64,000 bases of DNA from Isurus oxyrinchus (Eukaryota), in assembly GCA_026770705.1 (NCBI GenBank), contig JANJGN010000034.1, positions 6,200,001 through 6,264,000 on the forward strand. Reading direction: 5' to 3'. Below, in pieces: positions 25,609 to 39,404 of this stretch. The notes below the pieces were generated by a model, which had not been told where the DNA came from, made no database searches, and saw only the letters and a program-made list of their open reading frames with translations. Each line of letters starts with the position of its first letter. The stretch's first letter is position 1. Both the position numbers and the translations under genes were made by a program.

Positions 25609-27199
25609 GTGACTACTTTAACAATTAACTGCTTCAGAGCGCTAAGCATTTAAAGCTTGTTCGCGTTTGTATTCTCAAGATATCTAGTCACTGTTAGCAG
25701 GGGAAGAATTCCATCCAGGCCTCTATAGATTAGTCTTAGATTCTAGGTGTTTCTGATTGTGGGACTAAACACAATAGTTCCCATTTATGTAACATAGCCA
25801 TTAGTTTGTTCAATAAGATATGGACAAACTGTAACAGAAGCTTGGTGGTCATGACACTGGATAGAAAATGCAGTGTTTATGCTAATAATCTGCAAATATG
25901 AGCATGGCGATTGCAGAAATTTTAAGAAATCTAAAAAAAATACTACTTCTTTGTCGTTTGTAAAATCCATTTTGTCCACAAAAGTCCCACAGACAGACAG
26001 GTGGGTTGTCCTTACCTGATTTGAACACTGTGTTACTACAAACCTATAACAAAACATTTACCTATTAATTGCCATCTCATGTAGTCTTATTTTCGTCTTT
26101 AACATTTTCAACAATGGAAGTTACGGATTAGGTACACCTTCTGACATTGTTAGAAAACTGAGGAAAAAATAAACACTTTTATTTTTCGAAGGACAATGTT
26201 ATCAAATGATCTCTGTTGATGTCCATAGAAATGCTGCTTATAATCGGAAAGTTTTTTTTTAAAAAAACGTGTAGGAGCCTGAAAGGCAATCTGATAGTTT
26301 CAGATTAATTAGGGTATGAGAGCACTCATGTTGGGCAGAGAAAAGGACATTTACCTGAGGGACATTTAGAGCTGTTTCCATCCTGTAAACTTTACAAAAT
26401 TTCCGCATATGCCTATTTGAGCTGAACCATATAACCTGCGTATAATTTTATCCTCTGGCATTGTCCTCAGTTGTTCCATCAAAGATAAATTCAATTATTT
26501 AACAGACACGACAAGTTGCGAGCGGCCCATCAACATCACCACATGGACAACATCTTGTTGGTGCAAAAATGGTTACTAATCGTTTTCTACTTTCTGCTGG
26601 AGTAACATGGATGCAGGAACTCCAACATCAACAAATTTCAAGGACGTTGGCTTTCAGGAAGGTAACACATAACCTTTGCCCAACATTGCTACTAAATTGA
26701 AATCTGGAGTTATCTTCCAATATGTCCCAGATATTTTCAAGGCCATCCTGGGATTAAGTGTCATTTGGCACCATTGTATCTGGCAATGACAAGCACTGTG
26801 TCAGGAAACTGGTTACAAAATGTCAGGCATCGGATTTGATGTTGTGCTAGTTTTGCAGCAGGCCTGACACAATACTAACGCTATTAAAACAACATGATGC
26901 AGATCTGAAAATGTAGGAAATAAAAGGTTCTTGTTCACAAAAGAAGGCAAATCCAATCCGTCCCATCGTCTAGCGTCAGTCATCAGCCAATTGACGGATG
27001 ATGTCACTGACTCTGTGACCAAGGTGCAATTTGGAACTAACTACTCAGTGATTTTCATTTTGACTTCCCCCCGCTCCAGATTTCACAGCAATGCTGATAC
27101 AAAGATAGATAAAATAAATTATCTCCAGAGGCGTGGTGATGTTTCCTGCCTTGAAATCAGGGCAGGGTTTTACCAACCGTGGCACGAGGAACCCGAGCA

Positions 27200-28250
27200 T
27201 AATTGAAATCAATGGGAATGAATGGGAAAATCTCATATGGGTTGCAGTCATGCCTGGCACAAATGAAGATGTTGGTGGTTGTTAGAAGCCGATTGACTGA
27301 TCTTCAGGTCATTTGTGTAAGGATCCTTTGACTAGTCCCCCAACGTCAAGCATCTTGAATTGCTTCATCAAACATCTTCAGTTTCACATAAGATGAGGGA
27401 CTGCGGGTGTTTTGTGAGAATTACATAGCTCTCAGATGCATTGGAGGCTCATTGGATACTGAGGCGTCTGTTGCTCACAAGCAACAAAAATGGACCGCAT
27501 TCAGACTTGAGCTCAATAGTGACAAGTAACGTTTATGCACCAAAAGTGCCAGGAAATGACCAGCCTCAACAAGAGAGGTTCTAATCGCCCCTTTTAAAAT
27601 TTAAAGTCATTCTTATCGTCTGGCCCCTTACCATCAACATCACTATTGACCAGAAAATTAACTGGATCAGCCATACGAATTTTATGGCTGCAATGAAAGG
27701 TTTTGGAGATGCTGCCAGCGATTATCTGTTCTTCACCCACAATGGACCATTCAGGAAAGTGACAGCGTTCTCTGCGCCTGCTTTCTAGCGTGCACCTTCA
27801 ACAACATTGAAAAAGAACTTCATACCACCCACAAAAAATCTCTAATCATATGCACCGTATTTAACATCGTAAACAGATACTGCCCCCACCTCCAGTACAC
27901 CAGAGTAGCACCATGCACCATATACAAGGTACAATGCAGTTGTTTGACAAACCTCGTATGATAGCACATTCAGAACTCACAAACACTCCTATGATGAATA
28001 AAAAGGCAGTAGATCAATGGGCATGCTACTATCCGCAATTTTCTCTTCAGATCATGCCATCTGTATTTCTGTCCTTCACAGTTGCTGAGTCAAAACGATG
28101 GATCTCCCAACCGAACAAACTCATGGTGTGCCTATACCATATTAACTACAACTATTCAAGATGCAGTATCGCCACTACTTTCAAGACGTTAATTGGTTGT
28201 GCACAATACAATCGAATTTTGTCTTTGGCACTTCCATAAAAAGAATGATT
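27200..28250 (+). mobile_element. LINE-B RT and C-terminal remnant
   Basis: WVAV/LAQMKMLVVV, QVTFMHQKCQEMT and IDQKINWISH remnants, then a 3' tail. Confidence 0.65.
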
Positions 28251-28495
28251 GAAATATAGGCAAAAATAGAGGTTAGAGGATACTGAGCTGCTGCAAACAA
28301 TTTGCATAAACTTCATCCCAGGCATTTGCAACCTTGTGTTTTCCAGGCATGATGGGAAAAGCAAATTATCTAAGCATCAGTTTTCTGGCGAGGAACAATG
28401 CAGCTTTTCTGTAATGTCGCCGAGGTATTTCAGTAATTTTGTCATTTTTGACTCTTGAATTTCTAAAGCACGCATTTCCTTTGTTTTCTGTTTAG

Positions 28496-28522
28496 AAATT
28501 GGGGACTTTCAGAAGAAGATCA
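28496..28522 (+). CDS. Micro-exon A2 (27 nt): EIGDFQKKI
   Basis: ttgttttctgtttag|AAATTGGGGACTTTCAGAAGAAGATCA|gtaagt; like exon A it ends CA|gtaagt. Confidence 0.83.
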
Positions 28523-30032
28523 GTAAGTAGTAACTGACTCTGCAGCTCTCTGAATGTAACATTAGGAATGGCAGAAATTCCTGGGTACCATTTTTCTGGT
28601 AGAACTGATTTGGTTATACTGGAGTAAACTGTGACCCTGAGGGAATATTGGAGCAAAAACACTGAAGAAATCATTCTTACCAGAGACTGAAAACTCCAAG
28701 TAGAAATGGCGGGGATCTCTGCTTATCCAAGAGCCTACAATTATTTGTAGACTTTAGAACTCTCAGCTAGAGGAAACTCATTGGTTATTTGTGATATCGA
28801 ACGAAAGCCACATATCGTCCTAGTCTCCATGTGCATTGGTTAGAGCACAATTCTGTTATGCATATACCTAATCCTCATACCTAACAGAAGCAGAAAATGC
28901 TGGAAATATTCACCTGGTAACGAATCATCAATGAAGAGTAAAACACAGTTAAAGTTTCAGGTTCATAAGTTTATAACAGATTTATCAATATCGGTCACCG
29001 ATTTGAAACATTAACTAATATTCTCACTCCGCATTTTCTGCCTGACTTGCTGGTGTTATCGTTCTTTTCTGTTTTTAGTATTTTCTGCTTTTGTATTTCT
29101 AATATTATTCTGCCTTTACAGCATTTGCAGGATGATTTTTTTTTTTAGTTCTAGTTTCTATATGCTTTGGCAGTCTACATGTGGCGAACTGGGAGTAGTT
29201 CTGATCGTTATATGGCTTCCTTAAAACACACTCGCTGCCCTGGGGACAGTTGTGCTCTCCAGTTCCCTTGGTCAATCTGGCTTAGAATAAATTGTACAAT
29301 CCCGTTCTGCATATGACAAAAAGGAGACATGGACAGTGCTGCAAGTGCAGTAAAGCTAATTGCGAAGACGTATCTGAGAGATTATAAGTAACTTGAAAGT
29401 CTGAACACGCTGGGCCTCGTTACTCTAGAAATGAAAAAGCTGAAAGATGAACTGTCAGTATTATTTGAAGTAATGTAATTGTTGTGTAGAGTAAACCTAA
29501 AGAAGGAATTTTAATTTATTATGGCGTTTAACAGTTTAATTCACTAATAAGCCAAATAGGAATTGATTTTCACCCAAAGTTTGAATTCTAAATCATATTA
29601 TAGTTAAAATGATAAATGTTCTAACATAACAACCGTTTAGGTGAATGACATAGATGCATTGAACTAAGACCTGGCTAAGTTTGATGGCACATGCATACAA
29701 AATAATGCTAACATCATGAGCGAGAGAGGGGAGAGTTTCATCCGTGGCCTCAGCACTGGCAGAGAACAGGTATTTCTGAGTATTTGTATGCAATGAATGC
29801 CACTTCATAAAGTTAACAATATTGCTTAGGAAAGCAGGCACTTGCAGTTCATAATGTGTAAATTTGTCCGGTCACTTTTTGAAGATCAATTCTTTGTGGT
29901 CCTGACCTGAAATAGCCAGTGGTAGTGCATTGAGTGGCACCAAACTTGCCTACGGGGCACATGAGGTAGACATGTCCATTGGCATCATGGCAAGTTATGG
30001 GTGACAGAGTCTTTCCTTTCCTTGTCTTTCAG

Positions 30033-30059
30033 AAGCTGATCTGGAGCAAAAGGATTCAG
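30033..30059 (+). CDS. Micro-exon B2 (27 nt): KADLEQKDS
   Basis: cctttccttgtctttcag|AAGCTGATCTGGAGCAAAAGGATTCAG|gtaaat. Confidence 0.85.
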
Positions 30060-30074
30060 GTAAATTGCAGGAAC

Positions 30075-30420
30075 AATACAGATGAATCGCTACATTGTTG
30101 TGTTGCATCGTTAAGAATAATATGTCAGATTAACTGTTCTCTCAGGTGGATGTAAAATATCCCCCTCTTTCATCTAGCTTTAATAAAGAAGTGCATAGAT
30201 CAGCGTGCTGCCCTTTGTTAATATGTACCCATAAACAAATAAATGAGGGTTAGCGTATCTGGATGAAAAAAGCTGTTGTTTCAGGTAGCCAACTGAGTGA
30301 AAATTAGCTGCATCCTTCGCCAACGTTCATTGAAAACTGGGGCATAATCAATCATCAATTTATTTATTCGATGCTTCTGAACGCCATGAGGTCCTGAAAG
30401 ATTTGTTAGAATCGGATATT
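30075..30420 (+). mobile_element. Deu-domain SINE (DeuSINE-like)
   Basis: ctctcaggtggatgtaaaatatccc core and catgaggtcctgaaag tail. Confidence 0.55.
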
Positions 30421-30504
30421 CCATGAATTATCAGTTTGCCGGACCAGGACAATGGGATAGTTGACATTTTTGTGTGTGACAGCAAGGATTATTCTTCAAC
30501 TACA

Positions 30505-30780
30505 CAAGAAGATAAGAAGCAGGGACAAGGTCAGATCCATCCAGCCTCTCGAGGCCGCTACGCCATACAATGACATCAATTTTGATCTTATAATTCAACG
30601 CCATGTTCCTGTGCTACCTCCGTGTTCCTTGATTACTTTTACATATTTAAAAATCCATCAATCCCCGCTGTGAACATATTCAGCAAATGAGCCTCTGCAG
30701 GGGTAGACAATTCAAAAGATTCACCAAACTCTGATTTCAGACCTAAATGGTCTGCATTTTATTGTAAGAGTGTGTCTTCC
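30505..30780 (-). mobile_element. CR1/HER1-like 3' end
   Basis: ataagaagcagg...ccagcctctcgaggccgctacgccat is the reverse complement of the CR1 tail seen near 49280-49345. Confidence 0.6.
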
Positions 30781-30948
30781 GGTTGAATACAATCTCCGCC
30801 ACCCCGCCCCCACCCCTTCACACCGCGAACAACACCCCGCTCCAGCCACCACACGCACAGTCACACATAGAATGCATAATTTCCAAGATGGTTTCGAGAA
30901 CAAATTCTGTCATATGATCGATAAATTATGTTTTGTTCTGATATTCAG

Positions 30949-30984
30949 AAATAAATATCCTCAATAACAAAGTTCAAGAATTAG
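30949..30984 (+). CDS. Micro-exon C2 (36 nt): EINILNNKVQEL
   Basis: ttgttctgatattcag|AAATAAATATCCTCAATAACAAAGTTCAAGAATTAG|gtgagc; clear paralog of exon C (EIxxLNNKxxEL). Confidence 0.88.
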
Positions 30985-32934
30985 GTGAGCAAAATACTCT
31001 TCAAAAGTTACAGAACACATTGGTCAGAAGTTGGATTTATATTTAACATTAAGTATTATTTAAAAAAAAAAATGATCTTGTGGTTAAAGCCACTACGGTG
31101 AGTTCTGTAACTGCGATACATCACTTTGATTTCGAGATCGAGTTGCTAATGTTTTCAGCAAGAGTGATGTCCTGTAATGACGTGGCCAGTTCAGAGGAGA
31201 CCGGACATCCAAAATCTTATCGATGGGTCAGACTGATTGTTAATGTTTGTGGAAAAGCATGAGAGCATGCGCGATGTGAATTGTCATGAGGGAGATTAAA
31301 TATGGCTGAGATGAGTTATGGGTGAAATGGCTTATGGGTTGATAAAGCTGAAATAGGGCAACAGCAAGTTTGGAATAGATTGCTGATCATACTTATCAAT
31401 AACATTAAACAGGTTTTGGAGATGGAACATTTGTTTGTTGTGCACGTTTCAGATCAAGAAATGTTGATGTACAGTATAGCTGGGTTCCATACAGTTGAAG
31501 CCACACAGTAGGTGTTATCATATAGGGGTGTGTTGAAATAGAGGTGTGACAGGCTTTGAGAAGGATCAGTTGTGGTTTAATTATATGATTGGTTAAGGAG
31601 TGTTAGCTTGAAGGCGTGGACTGGGGTAAGGCTCGGACGGAGAGAGGACAGCTTTTGCTGTGAACATTTAAGGACTGTTTTTTTTTCCAATCGTGAGTCA
31701 GTGCGTGAAAACGATTTGGTTGGGTTTCAAATCGTGTAGGAGTCACTAAGTGTTGAGTCATAGAATATTATGGCACAGAAGCAGGCCACTTGGAACATTG
31801 TTCCTGTTCAAGCCGAAGGGACATGCCACCCAGCTTAACCCCACTTCCAGAATTTGATCCGTAGTCCTGGCGGTTGCAGGACTTTAGAAGCACTTCCATG
31901 CAACGTTTAACTGGTATGAGGTTTCCTGTCTCTACTACCTTTCTAGTGGTGAGTTCACAAGCTTCACTGGGTAAAGAGATTTTTCCACATCTCTCCTCCA
32001 TGCAATGGACAGGGGCAAAAAATGGATCAAAACAACCCTTAGACTCTGAAGAGAGTACTCCCGATGAAAGATTCTGCAAACATTTCATCTATACATTCAC
32101 ATAAGAAATCTCTGCATTCAATGAAATGCTAATTTCAAAGCTTTGACTGGTTTCAGCTGCAAAATTAATAATCGCCATAAATCATTGTAAGTCTTCACCC
32201 CCTTGTCACTGAATTCCCTGCTAAGGTAAATAGGCCCCTCGTACCACTATATTCAAGCACCTCATTGTTTTGTGGCTCACAATCAAATCTCCCATCACCC
32301 TTCCTTGTTCAAAGACGAACAATCCGTGCCTTTCCAACCTTTCATCATAACTGATACTTTCCATTCATGGCAAAATACTTACCATGCATCGCTGACATCT
32401 CCAAGGGATGGTTTTGGGAATGGACAATATTGATTGCGAATTTGATTGAATCTGGTGTCTGCTGCATCAGAGAGCAGTAAATGTATCGATAAGGTTGGGT
32501 GTACTTGAGATATGTTGGAGTGAGGTTGGCTTTGCCTGTGCATTCCGATATTGGTTAGATCTGTTATGGTGAAAATCGAGCATGCTTGAGGATGGCTACG
32601 TGTGAAATGGTGCATGGTTTACAGGTCATGTAGCAGGTGCATCAGTATTCAGAATGAATGAGAACATCACAAACGGTAAACAAGTCCTTGGCTGTGAAGA
32701 GACACACAACCGAGTTTGCAGGAACTTCCAACAAATCCTTGTATGCGGAGATGAAATAGAGGGAGATATCTAATCATTCTATTGCACACGTCGCTAAAGA
32801 TATATCGCAATGCACTGAAGTGATAGCTGGAGAAAACAAAGTACATTGAGGCATTCGTAATATACTTTACAATACGATGAGACATGCTACTGTGTTCTTG
32901 GAAAAGTTCCTACTCTCACCTTACCTGAAGCATA

Positions 32935-34555
32935 ATGTTCGGGTTTATTTTGCAGTTTTCGCTTTTTGGGTTCAGTAAAACACTGGGGTGCTGAAGGTAG
33001 GTTTGGCAGCCTGAAGTGCTGGGAATTTCGAACTCAGGGGCAGAAAAATCCCCTCCCAGTTCAGCAGCATCTCATGCATTTCTGCACATATTTACCATGA
33101 ATGTTCATGTCGGGCTGTGTTTCCGACATCATCGCGCCAGTTTTGTACACTGTGGCACAGGGTGAACTGAAAAGTCGCAACATCACCGGCGTTATGGAAA
33201 CAACAATCAAACGTAGGCTGGATAATTCGCGCACAGATTATGACCGGTCACCACTTCTCGGACCATATTACTGTGCGTGATGACGTTGGGTGCCATTTAT
33301 GGCATCACCATGCTGGTTTGTGCTAATAGGATATGGAAGCGGCTCAAAAAGATGGAAAACTGTGCGCATTATTCAAGCTGAATTTAATGAGACAATTTAA
33401 ATCATTAATGAGCAAACTTGCAGCATTTGCACATCCTGAAACCAACTATATACCTCTACACTGAGAGTCATGGCAGATGCGAAATCCGTTTTTTTTTAAT
33501 TGACGAGCTTATTAGCACGGGTATTTAAACTACACCTGACACCAGAATCACAGCTTTGATGTTAACAGTTCATTGACTGCAGATGTTTCTTATGTGAATA
33601 TACATATGAAACCTTTGCCAATTCTTTCATCAGGAGTACTCTGTTCAGAAGCACGGGTTTTTATTTCTCCTTTGCCCATTGCCTGAGGGCTGCGGATTCG
33701 CTGGGGCAGATCCACATTCTGTTGTCAGCTGCAGGCACAGATTTCAATGAGGAGAGAAGGATGAGGAAGAGGAGGAGAAGGGTGAGAGGGAGAAAGGAGT
33801 ACAGGAAGGCTCAGGTTGCTGAGGCTGTTTAAAATGAGGGCTGCGGGTCAGGAAGAAGGCAGAGACACTAGGCGGAGGCACAGAAGTGCCAATAGTATAC
33901 AGGCAGAGCTTTAGCTATCGACAAGTGCAGGAGAAAACTCAGGCTTTGAAGAGCCAATATAACATGACTGTGTGAGTTGATCGCAAGAATGATATTCACC
34001 AACTGTTTTGGGAACCAACCCATGCCTGCCACATTAATGACCAAAGTGACACTGAACCTTATCTCAGCAGGTTTATTCCCGCCATGCTATGAAGTCCGGG
34101 GTGGATAACATGCCCTGCTGCACAAAATTACGTCCTGTGGCTCAAAGATGCAAGTTTCCAAAGGGCTGGCAATAATATCTCATTGAAGGAGGATGTTCAG
34201 TGTCAATTTGCAGAACCAGAGTTATTTCGTCATAAAGTAATCATGACAATGACTAGCCGTGTAATAGACGGCTGCTTGGTATTCTCAATTCCATTGTCCA
34301 GTTCAGCTGCGTCAATGTGGGATTATGCTACATTTGATGGACAGTAAATGGCAATTACCCCAACACTCCATAGTGAGATGTTTACCTGACTGAGCCAAGG
34401 TTGTGCATAGTGTCACCAACTCATACCAACTTGGCAAGTGCAGGAGGACCAGCCAGAATCGGTCTGTGTGGAAGGAGGTGGCTGAAGAGGTCAACATTGT
34501 GGATGTTGTGAGGAAGATTTGCTTCCAATGTCACTAAACACTAAATGTCCTCATG
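32935..34555 (+). mobile_element. Harbinger/PIF DNA transposon remnants
   Basis: Transposase-like IVYRQSFSY...PMPATLMTKVTLNLISAG (33890-34080); Myb/SANT-like WKEVAEEVN...RKICFQCH*TLNVL (34442-34552). Confidence 0.6.
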
Positions 34556-34789
34556 CCATTGACATCGGTCGACACCACGTCAGTAAGTGCAATCTTACTT
34601 CAGTTCATCACAACCCTGACTTTCAAAGCGACAGGCATGGGTTGGCCTCCAGGCAGCTCTATAAGGTCTCCACTGTGATCCTTTTGTCTGAAGCCATTCT
34701 CCCCCTAAACCTGCACTTGTTTATTTTCAAACTTCGTATCCATGTTACTACTATCCTCTTCAGGCAATGAGCTCTAACTTAGCTCACAA

Positions 34790-35760
34790 GTTTTTTGTCG
34801 AGTACTTTATCAAATGCCATATGGAAGTCAATGTACAGCACATTGACAGCACTACCCTATTCAATATTTTTTCACCTAATCAAAAGCCTCAATGAAGTAA
34901 GTGCAATGCGATTTCAACTTTAACAATCCACGTTATTTTCCCTTCATTCACCCATTTTCCCAAGTGAATATCAATTTAAACACGAATTATTATTTCTGAC
35001 AACGAGGTTAAACTGACAATCGTTCAATTATTTGAGCTGACCTTCAGCTCTCTTAAAAATCATTTGCAGTTAACCATTTTCCTGGCACTATCCCTGAGTC
35101 AAAAAATGATTTCAAAATTAATGCTACTGCGTCTGTAATTACCATTTTACTTCCTTCAGTTTAATTTTTATCATCTCACCTGTTCCTGGGCCTTTATTCA
35201 ATTTAAGCAAAAGATTCTAACCTTAGCGATTTTAAACATTCCAGTTCTCTGAAAAATACTTTTCGTCACAATAAACTTCCAATCATCCTCGTCCTGGATA
35301 AAGGCAGGTGAAAATAAACCGTTATTAGTCAATGGAAGAAACTTGGCTTACCTTGTAGGTTAGCGAGCAAACACTTCTCTTACTTGCCCTTTACTTCTTT
35401 GTTTTCATATTTTTCCAATCTCCCTCTGAAATTTTTTTTCGGCCTAGTTTTCAACTGTATCCTTCGCCTGACCTCGGCTTTAATCTTTTTTTTTTCTGAT
35501 TCGGCGTAAGCTCTACTTTTTCAATTTCTCAGGGAGATCTAGACTATTTATATCTAACTTTCCCCTTCGAGGGAATAGACGTTGACTGTACTCTATATTA
35601 TTTATAAAACTCATATATTATTTAAAAACAACCGATCAAATAATAAGTTTTACCTGCTAATCTTTGAATCATTATTTTCTTTGACCAGATCAGTTTTTGC
35701 ATCACTGAAGTCGTTTCAACCCCCTGTTAATTACTGTTACTTTGAATTGCTGGAGTTCTT
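34790..35760 (-). mobile_element. CR1-like RT fragment
   Basis: Minus strand reads GSAVNVLYIDFHMAFDKV (DF.KAFDKV motif). Confidence 0.7.
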
Positions 35761-36247
35761 ATTTCACCTAGGTATTGAGCACATCAAGGAGGGCAGAAAA
35801 GGCTGATAAAGCTAAGCTACTACCAATGTCTAGCATTACGGGAACCATTGAAAAAATAGATGGACAGCCTTCAAGAGAGACATTAGCGAACATTTCTACA
35901 CAGAACACATAGTAGAATTTTAGAACCCCTTTTCTGAAATAACCGTTCAATTCAGGCTAACTGTTTTGATTCAACATGTAATTGATAGATTTTTTTCATG
36001 GCAATCCATGGTATTAATGGGTATGGCCCAAAAGCTGGAATATAATGTTGGATAACGGAGCAGCCATGATCTCATTATTTTAAGATCAGGTTCCAGCAGT
36101 ACATCATTTACTTTCATATAGCTAATTGCGAGCTGCACTGAATGCTTGTGTTTAGCTTAAATGCTGACGAGTTTTGGTAATGATCAATGTTGCATTGAAC
36201 AGTGTGCAAACTTACCTCTCCTTCCATGTTCCTGAACTGATTCACAG

Positions 36248-36262
36248 AAAAAACAGTAAATG
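36248..36262 (+). CDS. Micro-exon D2 (15 nt): EKTVN
   Basis: cctgaactgattcacag|AAAAAACAGTAAATG|gtaagg. Confidence 0.75.
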
Positions 36263-37414
36263 GTAAGGAAGTGCAATTCGTGGAAACTTGGCTTCTAAAT
36301 ACAGAAATGTGATATTGATGGAACAAGACTACTCGAGCAGAACGGTTGCAGCATCAGAGTATGCGCCCGGTTGATATGTGTTTCTCTTAAAGAAAGTAGT
36401 GTTAAATTTTGAGCTGGAAGAATGAGGGTTGTTTGGTAAAATGTCTTCATTTTTATGGTATCAGCTATGGTGTAAATTTTTAACTGTTCCCCTTCCATGC
36501 TTGAGTTCTTTTTGCAGCCCAAAAAACCTCCGTTTTCCTATTCATATGTTCCTGATTTACACAGAAACTAATCGTTTACTCATTTTCATTTTGAAAGTTC
36601 CTATTTGTACAAAGTCACTTCAAATCTCAAATCTCGTCACCTGACAATGATAAACCTGTCTCCCATTCGGCATTAAGTCTATCTGAAGATCTAATCACTT
36701 TTTTTCTTCACTGGTGCCGTCCTCGTAACATTTTAATTCCACAGTTTCCTTTTTTCTCTATTTATATAGTTGATAGAAATCTACCGCTCCAAAAATCACT
36801 CTCCTTGTCTTTATCCTTGAATTTCTAAGGTGTATCTACAAATCTGTTCAGACACATGCATCGCCTATTTTAATATATTGGGAAGGCGGGTTATAATTGT
36901 AAATTCAGACTCAGGTTGTTGTTGGTGAAATAAAGAGCACCTCATCGCACAAAAAATAGTGAAAATCTTGAAATTCGCCAAAACGGCGTTCTGAATAATG
37001 TTCAATCGAAATCAAAATGTGACTGATAGATTTTTACTCGGCATTTCTTTTAGGGAGCGCTGAACGCAGTAGGCTACTGAAGGCTAACCTGAATGTGTCT
37101 CTAATAGAACGATGGAACATGAAAGGAAAGCAGAATATTCCATACGATGTGCCGTTCAGTGGTGTACTAGCATATCTAAAAATATTGTCCTTCATGATTT
37201 ATTCTTCTCCCTTTGCAATCAATGCCTTCTCTTTCTTTTATACTGACTTGGTTATACATTCTATCAGAGAATTGATTTAAATACGAACCTCTTCACTCAC
37301 TGATCGGAATGAAACGGTTGCATTGGTTAAATGTGCTGAAGTGACACTATTTCAGATGACACATGTGTTACATTACTTAATTTATAATTATTGTGGCTGC
37401 CGTTATTGTTCCAG

Positions 37415-37441
37415 AATGCAAAGCAAGGGAAAAACTTGATG
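37415..37441 (+). CDS. Micro-exon X2 (27 nt): ECKAREKLD
   Basis: cgttattgttccag|AATGCAAAGCAAGGGAAAAACTTGATG|gtgaga; with D2 it gives 42 nt = 2 heptads. Confidence 0.7.
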
Positions 37442-37516
37442 GTGAGAAAAGACATGGCCCAAAACGAGGCTTCGAATTGTACTGAAAAGTCATGGGAAGC
37501 AACCATAAAATTAGAT

Positions 37517-37731
37517 TAAAAAAAAAACTGCGGATGCTGGAAATCCAAAACAAAAACAGAATTACCTGGAACAACTCAGCAGGTCTGGCAGCATCAGCGG
37601 AGAAGAAAAGAGTTGATGTTTCGAGTCCGCATGACCCTTGAACAGAACAGTTGTGTTGAAGGGTCATGAGGAATCGAAACGTCAAATCTTTTCTTCTCCG
37701 CCGATGCTTCCAGACCTGCTGACTTTTTCCA
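37517..37731. mobile_element. Short palindromic Penelope-terminus element with TSD
   Basis: Arms fold about 37650; TSD ccataaaattagat (37503-37516) / ccatgaaataagat (37729-37742). Confidence 0.85.
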
Positions 37732-38284
37732 TGAAATAAGATATTCGCTCATTCATCTTTATGAATATTTGTCTAGCAGTTCAACATTCCCTTATGATTC
37801 ATTGAATATAGTCGATACTGTATTCCAACTTATCAGTAGCGAACTCAAACAGAGGGAAATAGCCAAACAGGTTTTGTCATTTATGTGTCACTTGTGATTA
37901 ATTTACCAATGAAACAGAGTACAGGATGTGACGTACAGTGTGACATTAGCCCAAATTTCAGGATATTCAAGTGACGTTCCACCGAACTTGGAAGTCTACA
38001 TTCTATCCCAACAAGGGAGGGCGTTATGTTGCAATTCTTACCTTTGTTTTCACTTCATCCCATGAACATGGGGCTGAATAGTGCCTGTCCAGATCTGGAG
38101 CATTTGCAGTGGAGTACATGATTTCAGGCGCAATGTACGACGCCACCCCTGCGTTATTAACTTACAATTCAGAGGACAACTAAGGGCAAGTCCTGGTGCT
38201 ATACTACATTCAGAATGCAATAATATGCATTCAGACAGAGAAATCAGTTTGATAAAGGGCAAGTTTTAAATGTACAGTTGAGAC

Positions 38285-39020
38285 CAGGGGCTAAATTTTA
38301 CGCTGCAAAATTGGGAGTTTCCGGCTTTACGGGGCGCATTATTGGGTGTGATGACCTCGAGCTCCTTTTACGATGCCAAAACCCCAGTTTCACTGAACAG
38401 AGCAGGTGGAAGGATCATGAAGTCGGCAAGCCACTCAAGCTATTTAAATATCAAATTAGAGGCAATTAAACTAATTAACTCCCACCTGACTGTAATGAAC
38501 TGAAAGAGGCAAGGACTCGCTTTAGGACAGGTCGGGAATTCATTATTTTTACATGGCAAGATTGTTTGGCGGGTTTTAGATCTGCAATGGTAACCAAAAA
38601 CTCAGCTTTTGCAATGGAAATTCTATTGACTGCAGTGACTGATAAATTGAGTGGACACGGGAACCTTGTGGATATTTTTCATGAAGAGCAGTCCCCTCGA
38701 AATCAGAGGGCACTTTTCATGGAATGTTTTTCTCAATAGGGATGACGGGTGCAAATTGTCTTAGACAGATGGGAGCTCTGTATCTTTTACAGGCACAGCT
38801 TCCAATGAGGAGAGAAGGATTAGAAGGAGGAAGCGAAGTATGAGAGGAAGAAGAGCACACTGTCGCGCTCAGGAAGTTGTGGTTCCTCGGGAAGTGGCAG
38901 AGCAGTCCCAGACCCCGTGGATCAGGAGAAATCCAGAAATCGTCAGCGGAGGTGCAGGCGAATTTATGCTCGGCCAATTGTATACAGGCAGTGAACTATC
39001 TACCTGAAGCTGACATTATG
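38285..39020 (+). mobile_element. Harbinger-like remnant (5' part)
   Basis: Begins ggggctaaatttt; caggcacagcttccaatgaggagagaagg and gtatacaggcag are shared with 33730-33910. Confidence 0.5.
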
Positions 39021-39404
39021 AGTAATTGAGCCTTTCGTGGCACTAGCACAAAGCCCTCCTCAAGGCATCAACACTGTTAAACTCTTTGGCCACCTCCTCC
39101 CAGGTAAAACGAAACTGCCTGGTCTTCCTCCAGTTCCCAGTGTTTGGAATGACATGGTGATATCTATCATATATATTGCATCGTGTATGGAACCACAGGT
39201 GAACTCATTGAATCTGGAGGCTGATTTGCCCATTCGAGAATGCCTCCTCCCTGACTCTGATAGTGAAGTTGTCGATGCTTCGCAACATGCAATAGCTGTG
39301 CAACTTCTCAATTCCAAAAGCGTGGAAATTTGCCGAATGTTAATGCTTCTGCCACCTATGAAGTTTGACATGGCTGTGAAATTGTAGCGAAAGTTTCTAC
39401 GAAA

